64,000 bases of DNA from Octopus bimaculoides (GCF_001194135.2 NC_068982.1:129704379-129768378); one strand, 5' to 3'; shown: positions 12,562 to 24,713, counted from the stretch's first letter. Notes: generated by a model not told the origin, from the letters alone. Numbers and translations are program-made.

Positions 12562-14659
12562 TTCTAGAGAATAGCTGACTTGAGTAAAATGGGACTGGAT
12601 AAAGTATAAGGCTCATGGGTGAAACATAAGTAACCAAAGGAGCAGAGATGGGATATTGACAGAGAGGGTGTGCAACTAGCTAGTTTAGAAGAGTAGAGGC
12701 TACATCAGTAGAGGAAGAAACAACATGTATGTAAGCTAGAAATTGTAGTAATGTTCATGAATAAATCTTTGCCAATTAAACAGTTTTCACTTCAAAATGG
12801 AATCAATCTAACAGATGCTTTCTCTATAGACCAGAAAGAGAAGTCACTTTCCTCATCCTCTGTTCCATGTGAATTTATTTTGAAATAGGCTACAGGATCC
12901 CTAAGTAAATTAATTAAAACTTAATTGCTAATAAGTTGAAGAGTGAGAAGATTTAAAAAAAAAAAAAGGTTTTTTGACAAAGGAGAAATAGAAAGAAAGA
13001 AAAGCAATGAGAAATTAATATTTCTTTTTTTCTTATAGGTACAACTGGAAAGCATTAAGGCTTCACAGAAATGCCATTGCCTGTGCCTGCTATGCACAAG
13101 GAGACTATAGGTAGTGAAGGTAAGGAGAATCATAGAAATCATATACTAGCAGAATAAACATGCACAGGACATTTAATAACATAATACGGAGCTCTTTTTC
13201 TTTCAGCAAAAACAGGTTTGTAAAATAGGACATTTTACGATACTTTGTTGGTTAGTTCTACTGTTAAATCCAATTTTCTGAAAGTTCTTAACAAATGAAT
13301 CAATTTCTAATTATCTCACCCTATCATTACTCTTTTGACTGCTAATTACACATCAAAATTATCAATGTATTTTTGGAAAGCAAACAACTAATGCTTCAAA
13401 TTCAAAAACTATTTTCCAAAATAGCATAAATTCATTGCTGCTCTTGCTTTTGGTTTAGTTACTTCTCATTATAGTTAGTCTAGAAGTTACTGTGTTCATC
13501 ACTGATATAACTGTCTCAAGTCCTAGAACTCATAGGGCCAATTACCCATTCTCTCTGAACGGGACATCAATCTGTTGTAGGGTTACTTGTTTACAGCTGA
13601 ATGAATTGGAGCATTGTGAAATGAAGTGTTTTGCTCAAGAACACAATGGTGTTCCAGGAATTGAAACCACAACCATGTAATTGTGAGTGCAACACTAACC
13701 ACTAGGCCAAGCACTATCATTATTATAAATATATTAGCACTAATTTTACTGTTTATTTTCCTGTATGATATCCCAAAGTTACTTTCCCTCATGACTATGT
13801 TGCTTTACCACACCAGCATATGTACAATATTTCTTTCTGCATAAATATTTCTGTATCCACCTCAGTATAGATACATGTATGTCTGAGCTTTGCAGAAGAA
13901 ATCTAATAAAGTCAAAACATGTCCGGAGTTGTCACTATATCTGCTAAAAATTAAACTATATTTCTCCTAAAAGACCTCGTTTAGTTAGATGGTGAGTATA
14001 AACTCAAAAGCTGTGAGTTATAACAAAAGATTTTTCTAAAGACTACGTTGGATGCCAAAATAATCACAAGGAGGGATCTTCTATTGGTCATTCAGCCAGA
14101 CAGAAGTAGCAACCAAAATCTGCCTCAAATCACACACTTTAAGAAAAAAAGTAGATGCATTATGCCTTAGATAATAAAGTACTAGATACACTGTCTGAAA
14201 GAACGATAGAATGGTGGCAGCTGGAAACACCTTTGATTGTAAGTCTGGCTTTGTACAAAACAAAAACAGTAACAATTAATTGAATGTATAGTTACTCATA
14301 AATCTACTTGTAGCAATGAAGAGAGATTTGACATTAAGCTCTGCACATCTTTATATTTAACTCCGAATTAATTGCTTTAATCATAATTTGGCACAGATCC
14401 TGATGTAAATCCCAAACAACATAATGGCTAATATCAGTTATTAGCATTAAGAGACGTGAATACATCATTATTTCGTATTACCATCTTAGTAACATTCTTT
14501 TTCTTATTTATATATTTAGAGATTTACTCACTGATGAAATGACTAAGTGGATAAGATATTCAACTACATTCTGATAACAAATCAACTACATGCACTTCAT
14601 TAGTAATGTTCCATACTTTTCTTTTTTTTAACATTTGATCATAGCCCATATTTATATCA

Positions 14660-15518
14660 TTGTAAGCTCGCAAGGAATGAAGCCAGTATGCTCCATTGGA
14701 TGTGTAATGTCAATGTGAATACCCGTCAGAGTGTAAGTATCTTGAGAGAAAAGCTGAACATTAGAAGCATCAGTTGTGGCGTGCAAGAGAGACGATTGCG
14801 CTGGTATGGACATGTGGTGAGAATGGAGGAGGATAGCTGCGTGAAAAAGTGCCACACCCTTACAGTTGAGGGAACCCGTGGAAGAGGTAGGCCCAGGAAG
14901 ACCTGGGCTGAGGTGGTGAGGCAAGACCTTCGTACATTGGGCCTCACCGAGGCGATGANNNNNNNNNNNNNNNNNNNNNNNNNNNNNNNNNNNNNNNNNN
15001 NNNNNNNNNNNNNNNNNNNNNNNNNNNNNNNNNNNNNNNNNNNNNNNNNNNNNNNNNNNNNNNNNNNNNNNNNNNNNNNNNNNNNNNNNNNNNNNNNNNN
15101 NNNNNNNNNNNNNNNNNNNNNNNNNNNNNNNNNNNNNNNNNNNNNNNNNNNNNNNNNNNNNNNNNNNNNGCACATGAGATGCACCATTTTGAGCGTGGCC
15201 GTTGCCAGTACCGCCTGACTGGCTCCTGTAGGATTTTCGAGCGAGATCGTTGCCAGTGCCCCTGGACTGGCTTGTGCGGGTGGCACATAAAAGACACCAT
15301 TTCGAGCGTGGCCGTTTTCGTGCGGGTGACACGTAAAAGCACCCACTACACTCTCTGAGTGGTTGGCGTTAGGAAGGGCATCCAGCTGTAGAAACTGCCA
15401 AATCAGACTGGAGCCTGGTGTTACCATCCGGTTTCACCAGTCCTCAGTCAAATCGTCCAACCCATGCTAGCATGGAAAGCGGACGTTAAACGATGATGAT
15501 GATGATGATGATGATGAT
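14660..15518 (+). mobile_element. 5'-truncated RTE LINE: ORF2 C-terminus, repetitive 3' UTR, (GAT)n tail
   Basis: RLRWYGHVVRMEEDSCVKKCHTLTVEGTRGRGRPRKTW motif; N-gap 14959-15169; tail (GAT)n. Confidence 0.9.
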
Positions 15519-15850
15519 ATCTTACAAGTAAAAATATTTCCATCTCTGGCAAGGCTTATGTAAGCAAAAATGAAAATTTTGACACAAAGACTATCTAAAA
15601 ATCATCAACTGCCCAATGGCGCACAAATACATTAAATTTTAACATTTCCTTTTTGCCATTTTATGCCTATTTTAGTGAGGAAATATTCTGCTTTACCTTA
15701 CTGAGAAGTTCTCTGCTAACTTTTCAGAATTCTCACTACTAACCACTTCCTAACCAAGTTAGCTCTCTAAGCTGCAGTCCAGCAAATAAATAAAGTCACC
15801 ATCTTTGCTTCCAACTCCACTGGCACACTCTCACCATATATATACAGTTG

Positions 15851-17700
15851 TCATCATCATCATCATCATCATCATCGTTTAACATCTGCTTTCCATGCTA
15901 GCATGGGTTGGATGATTTGACTGAGGACTGAACCAGATAGCTGCACCAGGCTCCAATCTGATCTGGCAGAGTTTCTACAGCTGGATGCCCTTCCTAATGC
16001 CGACCACTCCGAGAGTGTAGTGGGTGCTTTTACGTTCCACCGGCACGAGGGCCAGTCAGGCGGTACTGACAACAGCCACGCTCAAATGGTGTTTTCCATG
16101 TGCCACCTGCACAGGTGGCCAGTCCAGTGGCACTGGCAACGACCTCGCTCGAATATTTTTTCACGTGCCACCGGCACAAGTGCCAGTAAAGTGATGCTGG
16201 TAACGATCACGCTCAAATGGTGCTATTTATGTGCCACTGGCACGGATGCCAGACAGCTGCTCTGGCAATGGTCATGCTCAGACGGTGCTGTTAGTGCTCC
16301 ACTGGCATGGGTGCCAGTCATCGAATTTGGTTCAATTACAATTTCAATTTCACTTGCCCCAAAGGGTCTTCACAAGCAGAGTTTAGTGTCCAATGAAGGA
16401 AAGGTACGCATAATGAAGGAAAGCTACACCCCTGGCAAAGCCACGTGTTATGGTCTCACTTGGCTTGCCGGGTCTTAACATAAGCAAACTTCTTATTTTG
16501 CTTCTCCCTTGGCTAGGTATACCTGTCTCCTAGCTTTCCTTATGGCTATCTGATACAGTTCCCTGCTACCCCAGGCCTTCCAGGCTTATTTCTTTGCTCT
16601 AATGGCCCTGTCTACAGCATCGTTCCACCACCACATCATTCTAGGTTTAGATGGGACTTTGCACCAGCCACATATTTGGTTTGCAGCACTCAACAAGCTG
16701 TCCTGCAAGAATTTCCAGTTGCCCACTGTCACAAGTCTGCAGCTCCTCCTCCCCCTCATCAAATTTCTCAATTACGATGTCCCTAAATCTCTGACCATAT
16801 GAAGAGTCTTTAAGCTTCCAAATCCTTCTTTTCCAGATTGGTCTGTTTCTTGGCATCCCTCTGGCTTGGAGTCTAAAGTCACTATTGACTAGTCTATGCT
16901 GGGGAGTACATTCTTCACCAAGGAGGGTCTTTGCATTTAAGAGCAACCATGCATCCTGCTGTCTAGTGAGAATGTAATTGATCTGGCTAGCACAGTCACC
17001 TGATTGGTTGGTTATCAGGTGACTGGCTGGCTTCTTGAAGTTGGTGTTTCAAATCAGTAGGTTATTTGCATCACAGAACTCCAGTAGCCTTGTTCCCTCT
17101 TAATTTTGGGAACCAATTCCATGGCCCCCATGTACATCATGAAAGATACCATGCTGCCATCTGACATACCCATTGAAATCCCCAGCCATTGTTACTTGCC
17201 TTTGAGATAGCCTGCATAAGAATATCATAAAAGTGGTCCTTCTGTTCATTTGGTAGGCCCACTCGTGGGGCATAAGCAGAGATAATTGTCACTATACTAT
17301 TCTGCAAGACCAGCCTGTGCTTAAGTACTCTATAGCACACTGACTACCTCTGACCTTATCCACCCATTTCTCTGCAAGAAGTATGCCCACACCACCTACC
17401 CCATCGCTGTTATCTTCTCAGAAGGTTTTATACCTATGTGACTTGCCTGTGAGGAACCTGGCTGAAGCTCCTCTTCACCTTACCTCTTGGATGCAACATA
17501 CATCCACACACCTCCATTCAAGCATCTCAGCAATCTTACTAGACCTAACTTTCAATGTGCTTACATTGACAGTATCAAATCTGAAAACTGGGAAAGGGAC
17601 GTGGGAAAGAAAATGGGAAGGAGAGCTGGTATTCAGCACCTGAAAAGAAGGTTTCAATGATCGTTTGATAACAGACATGTTACATCAGTTGTTCTCGCTT
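15851..17700 (-). mobile_element. Decayed RTE LINE: AP-endonuclease and linker joined directly to the 3' UTR (RT missing)
   Basis: VDVCCIQEVR, IISAYAPRVG, GEECTPQHRLV and WWWNDAVDRAIRAKK in the ORF track; sequence jumps to the 3' UTR near 16480; (CAT)n tail at 15851. Confidence 0.85.
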
Positions 17701-18100
17701 TAATCCACCACCATTCAAACATGTTAAAACTGTTGTCTCTATTGGGAGTGAGTGCAATGTAAGCATTGTAAATATAAGTGCTATGAGTGTTGTAAATATA
17801 AGTGTTACTGCTGCAAATATAAATAGGTCAACATCTAAATTAAATAAGTAAATGAGCTGCAATTGGTTAGTCCATTATATATAAAGAGAAAGAGGTAGGT
17901 GGTATGTTAATTTACTAAGAAACATCTTTTGATGCATGAAGTAGTGTGGATGATTGGTGGTGGTAGGGAGGGAGGGATGGAGGTATGCAAGTCTTCTGGT
18001 ACAACAGCAAGGCAGAGCCTGCCCTATAGGGGTTTTCCATATAAGAGATTTCTGGTATAAGTGATGGGGGCATGAATGGGTGGGCGCATCGCGGACAAGC

Positions 18101-18776
18101 AATGGCCAGTTTCAGCTCAGGAAACAGAAATAGCAGTTAGAAGACACTAGTGAGGCAGACAGAGAGAGAGAGAGAGAGAGAGAGACCTGAAAGACTTTAT
18201 TACTGGGGAAATCGTGACAAGATTGAAAAAGACAGGTTATAAAACAAGGTGAGAATGTTTACAAATTTTAGAGAGAGGGAGAGACCACTGAGGAAATCAT
18301 GGCAAAGTATGGGAACACATGAATTATGAAACAGGGAAAAAATATTGCAAGGATTTAAAGAATTATGATTTTTGAAAGTTATTTGAAGAATTAAAGAATT
18401 ACAAGTTTTGAAAATTATTTTAAATCAAAATACAGCACGTTAGCATTACAAGATAGATGAATGCATGATGCGCGATTAAAAACTAGAGAAATTTCTTAGC
18501 TTAGCTGGTCATTTTGCATGGTATAAGTGTCAACACCTGAGCAAGCAATGTGAAAGTTTGGAAAACCATGTGCAAAGAGTTCTTTATATAATCTACAGCC
18601 AGAAGTGGTCAAATAAATGGCCAGCTTCACCTCAGGAAATAGAAATAGCAGTAAGAAAACACTAGTGAGGCACAGAGAGAGAGAGAGAGAGACACTTGAA
18701 AGACTATATCACTGGGGGAAATCATGACAAGAATGAGAAAGGCACAAGTTATAAAACAAGAGAATGTTTACAAATT
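18101..18776 (+). repeat. Direct repeat of at least 160 bp with 515-bp spacing, each copy containing (GA)n
   Basis: AATGGCCAG.TTCA.CTCAGGAAA.AGAAATAGCAGT... at 18101 and 18616; the second copy runs into the gap at 18777. Confidence 0.8.
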
Positions 18777-19676
18777 NNNNNNNNNNNNNNNNNNNNNNNN
18801 NNNNNNNNNNNNNNNNNNNNNNNNNNNNNNNNNNNNNNNNNNNNNNNNNNNNNNNNNNNNNNNNNNNNNNNNNNNNNNNNNNNNNNNNNNNNNNNNNNNN
18901 NNNNNNNNNNNNNNNNNNNNNNNNNNNNNNNNNNNNNNNNNNNNNNNNNNNNNNNNNNNNNNNNNNNNNNNNNNNNNNNNNNNNNNNNNNNNNNNNNNNN
19001 NNNNNNNNNNNNNNNNNNNNNNNNNNNNNNNNNNNNNNNNNNNNNNNNNNNNNNNNNNNNNNNNNNNNNNNNNNNNNNNNNNNNNNNNNNNNNNNNNNNN
19101 NNNNNNNNNNNNNNNNNNNNNNNNNNNNNNNNNNNNNNNNNNNNNNNNNNNNNNNNNNNNNNNNNNNNNNNNNNNNNNNNNNNNNNNNNNNNNNNNNNNN
19201 NNNNNNNNNNNNNNNNNNNNNNNNNNNNNNNNNNNNNNNNNNNNNNNNNNNNNNNNNNNNNNNNNNNNNNNNNNNNNNNNNNNNNNNNNNNNNNNNNNNN
19301 NNNNNNNNNNNNNNNNNNNNNNNNNNNNNNNNNNNNNNNNNNNNNNNNNNNNNNNNNNNNNNNNNNNNNNNNNNNNNNNNNNNNNNNNNNNNNNNNNNNN
19401 NNNNNNNNNNNNNNNNNNNNNNNNNNNNNNNNNNNNNNNNNNNNNNNNNNNNNNNNNNNNNNNNNNNNNNNNNNNNNNNNNNNNNNNNNNNNNNNNNNNN
19501 NNNNNNNNNNNNNNNNNNNNNNNNNNNNNNNNNNNNNNNNNNNNNNNNNNNNNNNNNNNNNNNNNTTCTTCTTATTTTTTTTTTTTTTTCAAGTTAAATA
19601 TATTCAAGTTTGTAACTAAAATCCATATATATCTTCACATTTTATATGAATTATTCTTGTTTAATGATAATTTTTA

Positions 19677-20075
19677 TCATCATCATCATCATTTAACATC
19701 CTTTTTCCATGCTGGCATGGGTTGGATGGTTTGACTGAGGGCTGGCAAACCAGAAGGCTGCACCAAGCTCCAATCCGATGTGGCAATGTTTCTCCAGCTG
19801 GATGCCCTTCCTAACACCAACCACTCCAAGAGTGTAGTGGGTGCTTTTTACGTGCCACCAGCACGAAGGCCAGTCGGGTGGTACTGGCATCAACCACGCT
19901 CAAATGGTGCTTTTTACATGCCACTGGCATGGGTGCCAATCAGGTGGTACTGCCATCGGCCATGAAAACGACTTCACTTGCCTCAACAGGTCTTCACAAG
20001 TGCAGTGTATTGCCCAATGATTGAAGGGGGTGCTCTTATTTGAGCTGACTATGCTGCACTGGCATAGGCCGTGGT
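19677..20075 (-). mobile_element. RTE-LINE 3' end next to ABCA2 exon 2
   Basis: (CAT)n tail then TTTAACATCC.TTTTCCATGCTGGCATGGGTTGGATGGTTTGAC..., same family as 15851. Confidence 0.85.
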
Positions 20076-20099
20076 TATAAAAAAATTAATGCAACTTAC

Positions 20100-20193
20100 T
20101 TGCTTTCCATGGATGAGCTGGTTGTTTTCTTCGAATTAAGATCAAGATGACAAACAACACTAAAGGAATAAATTGTTCAAACAGCAGAACCAA
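20100..20193 (-). CDS. ABCA2: ABCA2-like coding exon 2, TM helix 1 (LVLLFEQFIPLVLFVILILIRRKQPAHPWKA)
   Basis: 94 nt between acceptor TTTAAATTTCAG and donor GTAAGT; phase 0 in, phase 1 out; matches ABCA2 [25 protein letters not shown]. Not in the ORF track. Confidence 0.95.
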
Positions 20194-20929
20194 CTGAAAT
20201 TTAAAAACATATACTAAAATTAATACTGGGAAAAAAAAAAGAACTCACAAAGAGATCAACATTATTTTTATTTATTTATTTATCTATTTATTTATTTGTA
20301 TAATATTTTACTGATTAGCAGAAAAAAAGAAATAATTGGCTCAGAGTGTCAGCTGCCTATATTGTTGTGTCCTTTAAGAAGGGAGCAACTTGGAATGGGA
20401 ATTAGTTCTACTTGTTTAGAAATAGGAAATACTTAAAACCAATTCAGACAAAGCAAAGAACAAAGACCTTTTTAAATAACAACCTTAACTATTACAGAGC
20501 ATTGTTCAAAATATACAAAACTAAAATATATAATTTGTACAAAATTATATCCTTATGCATTGAGAATTTGTTTGATGTTTAGTATCCTAAAGTGTAAGAA
20601 TGATAACTTCCAGTATATTAAGCTGTAAGATTGACAACCTTGGTAGTTAAGTTGTTATAGGTGTTTTATATAAGTTTTCTAAGCACTTTTTGAACTATGA
20701 ACACACATGATAGGAAACCAACATTGAACAAAACAAATCTTTTCTTCTAAATTTATACAGATGCTCCACTGAGAATTTACCAAATTAACATACTCTGCAC
20801 CTATTGGATCATCTGACCAATGTCTATATGGATACCAACCACACATCCATATAGGGCTTTCCTATAAGGTGTTATCCACCCCTGATTGGAACTCTCCCGT
20901 ATGACATGTACGCATGCTCAGTGACTTGC

Positions 20930-21180
20930 TTTAACAGTTGCAATCAGCTTAATGCACATTGCCAGTGACATTTGATATAATTAGCCACACTCTGTGGTCA
21001 GGATTCTTTTTTTGGTTTTATGTCGGTATCGAAGGGATTACCAGACACCGGACAATACAGTGAGAGCAGCTTTCACTCACATCGTGGTATTCGATGCTGT
21101 GTACGTGTCTGTTGTGGTAAAATATGCCACTCCTTAACTGTTGCTTTGCTTTCATCCGTAGCACGAAGTAATTATATCAT
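20930..21180 (-). pseudogene. SWIM zinc-finger-type relic (YNYFVLR...SCSHCIVRCLVIPSIPT*NQKKNPDHRVWLIISNVTGNVH*ADCNC*)
   Basis: Manual translation; one frame with in-frame stops ending in a CxC motif typical of the start of a SWIM finger. Confidence 0.6.
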
Positions 21181-21457
21181 TATCTGNNNNNNNNNNNNNN
21201 NNNNNNNNNNNNNNNNNNNNNNNNNNNNNNNNNNNNNNNNNNNNNNNNNNNNNNNNNNNNNNNNNNNNNNNNNNNNNNNNNNNNNNNNNNNNNNNNNNNN
21301 NNNNNNNNNNNNNNNNNNNNNNNNNNNNNNNNNNNNNNNNNNNNNNNNNNNNNNNNNNNNNNNNNNNNNNNNNNNNNNNNNNNNNNNNNNNNNNNNNNNN
21401 NNNNNNNNNNNNNNNNNNNNNNNNNNNNNNNNNNNNNNNNCGTCCGATACTTCAGAC

Positions 21458-21634
21458 TTATCGTCCGATGAATTTACTTTGTTGACATATCAACAGAATT
21501 TTTATACCTTTCAACCTTTCAATCAAGTCCGCCTTTCTTCCAGTAACATACTGTCCATATAATCTTAAATATCTCTTTAACTCAGGCACAGTAAGTACTT
21601 CGATAGCTGAATCATCAAGCTGCTTTATATCCAT
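21458..21634 (-). CDS. 58-aa SAP-motif ORF (MDIKQLDDSAIEVLTVPELKRYLRLYGQYVTGRKADLIERLKGIKILLICQQSKFIGR), probably a frameshifted transposon protein N-terminus
   Basis: LTVPELKRYLRLYGQYVTGRKADLIERL fits the SAP consensus; shorter than any ORF in the track, so not listed there. Confidence 0.7.
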   Translation of the reverse strand: MDIKQLDDSAIEVLTVPELKRYLRLYGQYVTGRKADLIERLKGIKILLICQQSKFIGR

Positions 21635-21744
21635 GATAAGACGTAAAACAATAACAATGGCGTGGGTAGCCTCCGGAAGTTTAATTATCTACATGGAGCG
21701 CCGCCTAGCCAAGGGAGATAACCTACTTATAGGAAAGCCCTATA

Positions 21745-22750
21745 CTACACAATGCTCTTCCATCTTCCAAATTCAATGGCATTTCACACCAGCTAACTGG
21801 TTTAAGCCATGGCAATTTTATGTTAATCATTGGCATCAGCTTTGCATCGTTACCAACTTGTCTGAGATAGCTAAGCAACTGACTGAAATCATCCATTTAA
21901 GCAAGTCTTCACATTTTTTACACAACCCCATATTTTTCCAGTGGTTCACAACAGATGCATAGCAGTACATGTTAAATAAATGGCCTACAATTACTGGAAA
22001 CAATTCACTAACCTTTGTTAACTGAAGGTATTTAGCCACAACCACATCTGCAAGGACACCATCCAAAAAATATACTTTTGTACACCACCATCAAAAACTA
22101 CAGTCAGTCCTTTTAATCCATAGCCAAAACATTCAAACACCACAGAATATTCTTATTCACCAATTATGATGGCTCCATAAGCAGTTCTCCCATGAAAAAA
22201 ATGTCCACATTTGCTGACCACTTTGTAACCAATTCCACACTACATACACTTGGCACACCTTTCCTACACCACTAATTTCACCACAATGTGTACATATAAT
22301 CCAAGCACAAAGATACCTGTTGCTTCAATCCAACAAAGTTATCTCCTGGACCAGACTTTTGACCAGAATTTATATCAGACTGCATTGTCACAACATGTCC
22401 TGATGAGGATCTCTCTGAACCACACAATCAAATGATATACTCCTAAGATTCAATTATATCATACTCCTTTTCCTATATATTTTAATGGATTACTTGCTAG
22501 CATTTCTAACATCCACTCTAATGCATATGTGCTCTCTTTTATGAATTCTACTGTGACTAAAACAGCTTCAACTCCTTAGATCTGATAGCAGCATTACCAA
22601 CTTTCCCCCAATCTATTCATCACTTCCCTGTACCACTACTCCAATCCCAGACTTCACACAAGTCACTCTACCCAATACGTTCTGAGTATCACGCTTTCTG
22701 TCAATATTTTTCCTGCTGCTTTTTTACTTAAAGATGTTCAAATTTAATGC
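21745..22750 (-). mobile_element. Highly decayed RTE-like LINE fragments flanking the TIR element
   Basis: Weak resemblance to RTE endonuclease/linker sequence; many stops. Confidence 0.45.
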
Positions 22751-23452
22751 CAACAGCACCAATTTCTCCTATCCCAAAGGACCTGTGAAAGTCACGTTGT
22801 GAAGAATTCAAAGACTAAAATAATTAAAATATTGCTTTAGCAGGCATCAACCTGAGCCTTAAACTCCACTTGCTTGTATTATCAATCCAAATTTTTTTCA
22901 TTATTCTAACAAGGGTCTCAAACTCACTTTGTATTCATGTGATTTTAGGTTTGGACAAGTGATTTGGTTGTATTTTCCAACTGACTAAAGTTTTTCCTAA
23001 ATGAAATTTGGTAGAGTGAAATTGTCTGGGGAGACTTTAATGTGTGGGTTTTGGTGGGTGTTGTGTGAATGCTGGTGTAAAATGGTGCAGCAAGTTGCTT
23101 CTTTTTTGCAACAAAATGTTACTTAGCCAACAGACAGATTGGATAGCTGCAGTCCAATAACTGAAACCATTAAGAAGCGAAATTACTATTAAATTAACAT
23201 TCAAACTGGAAAAACTAAGAAGCAAGCTTCCAACTGCCAAGTCTGATTTCAGATCCCATTCCAAGTCTTTCTTCTTTTCACCTGACTTATGTCACTAAAC
23301 AATTATGAAAAGAATATCAAAAACCCTTGATTCCTTCTATCCTGAAATCAGTCAAAGAGTCACTGAATACATCTGACCATGAATCGAAGTCATTCATTGT
23401 TATTTACACTATTAAGATAAAGATTAGTATTCTTATTTTTATGGTTTAAAAA

Positions 23453-23486
<34 letters not shown>

Positions 23487-24711
23487 TATTTAATATTCAC
23501 ATATACAAATGAAACTTTTCTAATACAAACCAAGCATGCAACTAGATGTTTGTTAAGCCAGAACTGTAAATAGAAGCCATCAGGATAATCAAGCATCAAG
23601 TTGCCAAATGTTAATTAGGCAGAAAGAACATAAAACTCAGAAGGTCCAAAATGTAATAATTGTTATTCTATATTGATGTTTTAGGTTTACAGGTGCCAAA
23701 AATATTGGCCTGTGCTGAAGTCTAGCAGTTGGATTAAGCTGTTTGGAAAATTCATCAAAACGCTAGTAAGTTATTAAATAAATTTACTTAAAGTGAATAT
23801 TTTCTGGCAAATGGTACAATTCAAAATTATAGGTACTCCACTACTTTAAAAATATCTAAAAAGAAAAATAAAGGCTTGACTTATAACTTTATGTGCATCA
23901 CAAAGCATCTTAATTTAATAAAAATGATATTCAAGTGGTCAGTTCAATTAATTTTTTTTTTTTAATTATTACACTTGACACCTTCCTAAGATTTTTCTTA
24001 ACAAAATATATTACTTATGAAAGTACAAACAGGTTTTCTAACCAGAAAATGAAATTTGTTTTCCTATTGATAGAATATTGCTCAATTATTGACTCATTGG
24101 TCATTCACTTACACTGAATAAAAATGTATATTTAGCAGGTTCAATAAAAAATATATTTAAGAGATTTTCAGCTCACAACTGTTTAAATAAAAATAAAATC
24201 AATTGTGACTATAGGTTAAAAAGAAAATAAGTTGTAGCAAATAATATGAATTAATTTCAGAACTACTAACCTAAATGATTTGTGAAAAAAGAATAGATGT
24301 TAGAACTCTTGATACTTAGTGATTTACTATAAATTTGAACTAATAAAAACTGTAGTAGCATGGTGTTTATAAAACTATAAATACAGTTTCAAGGTAATAA
24401 ATCTTCTCAATATCTTCAGAAAACTAAAGATATTGATCATTGGCTTCTTGACTACCTTCAGAAGGAGACCATCTGTCTGATCAACAAACAGTTTGTTGTC
24501 AGATTTTATAACTGCCTCATACTATAACAGTGGATACAAAGCTTACCAAATTATTTCCTTATCCCAACTAAAATCTAGCTGATGTTAAATTTTAGTTAGA
24601 ATAGTTAGAACCTAACTTCTTGTTACCATTCTCACTGAGTTTCTTTTAGGCTCCACCTAGTTAAATTCCCTATATTTTACTCCTAAGATCATCTCACACT
24701 ATACCATTATA

Positions 24712-24713
<2 letters not shown>

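Larger units (their letters stand above)
20853..21741 (-). mobile_element. TIR DNA transposon deletion derivative carrying SAP and SWIM-finger coding remnants (ISL2EU/Kolobok-like)
   Basis: TIRs AGGGCTTTCCTATAAG / CTTATAGGAAAGCCCT; flanks read as an AT TSD (or TATA with GGG..CCC ends); internal 254-N gap. Confidence 0.75.

Noticed and set aside
18696-19734. Long ORFs in the track (307, 336, 277 aa), likewise those at 21020-21562, 36100-36321 and 51735-52179
   Set aside because: They are open only because they run through N-gaps.
23693-23765. Nested protein tyrosine phosphatase gene suggested by CQKYWP
   Set aside because: No other PTP motif (WPD loop, HCSAG) found in the window; kept only as an unassigned exon candidate.
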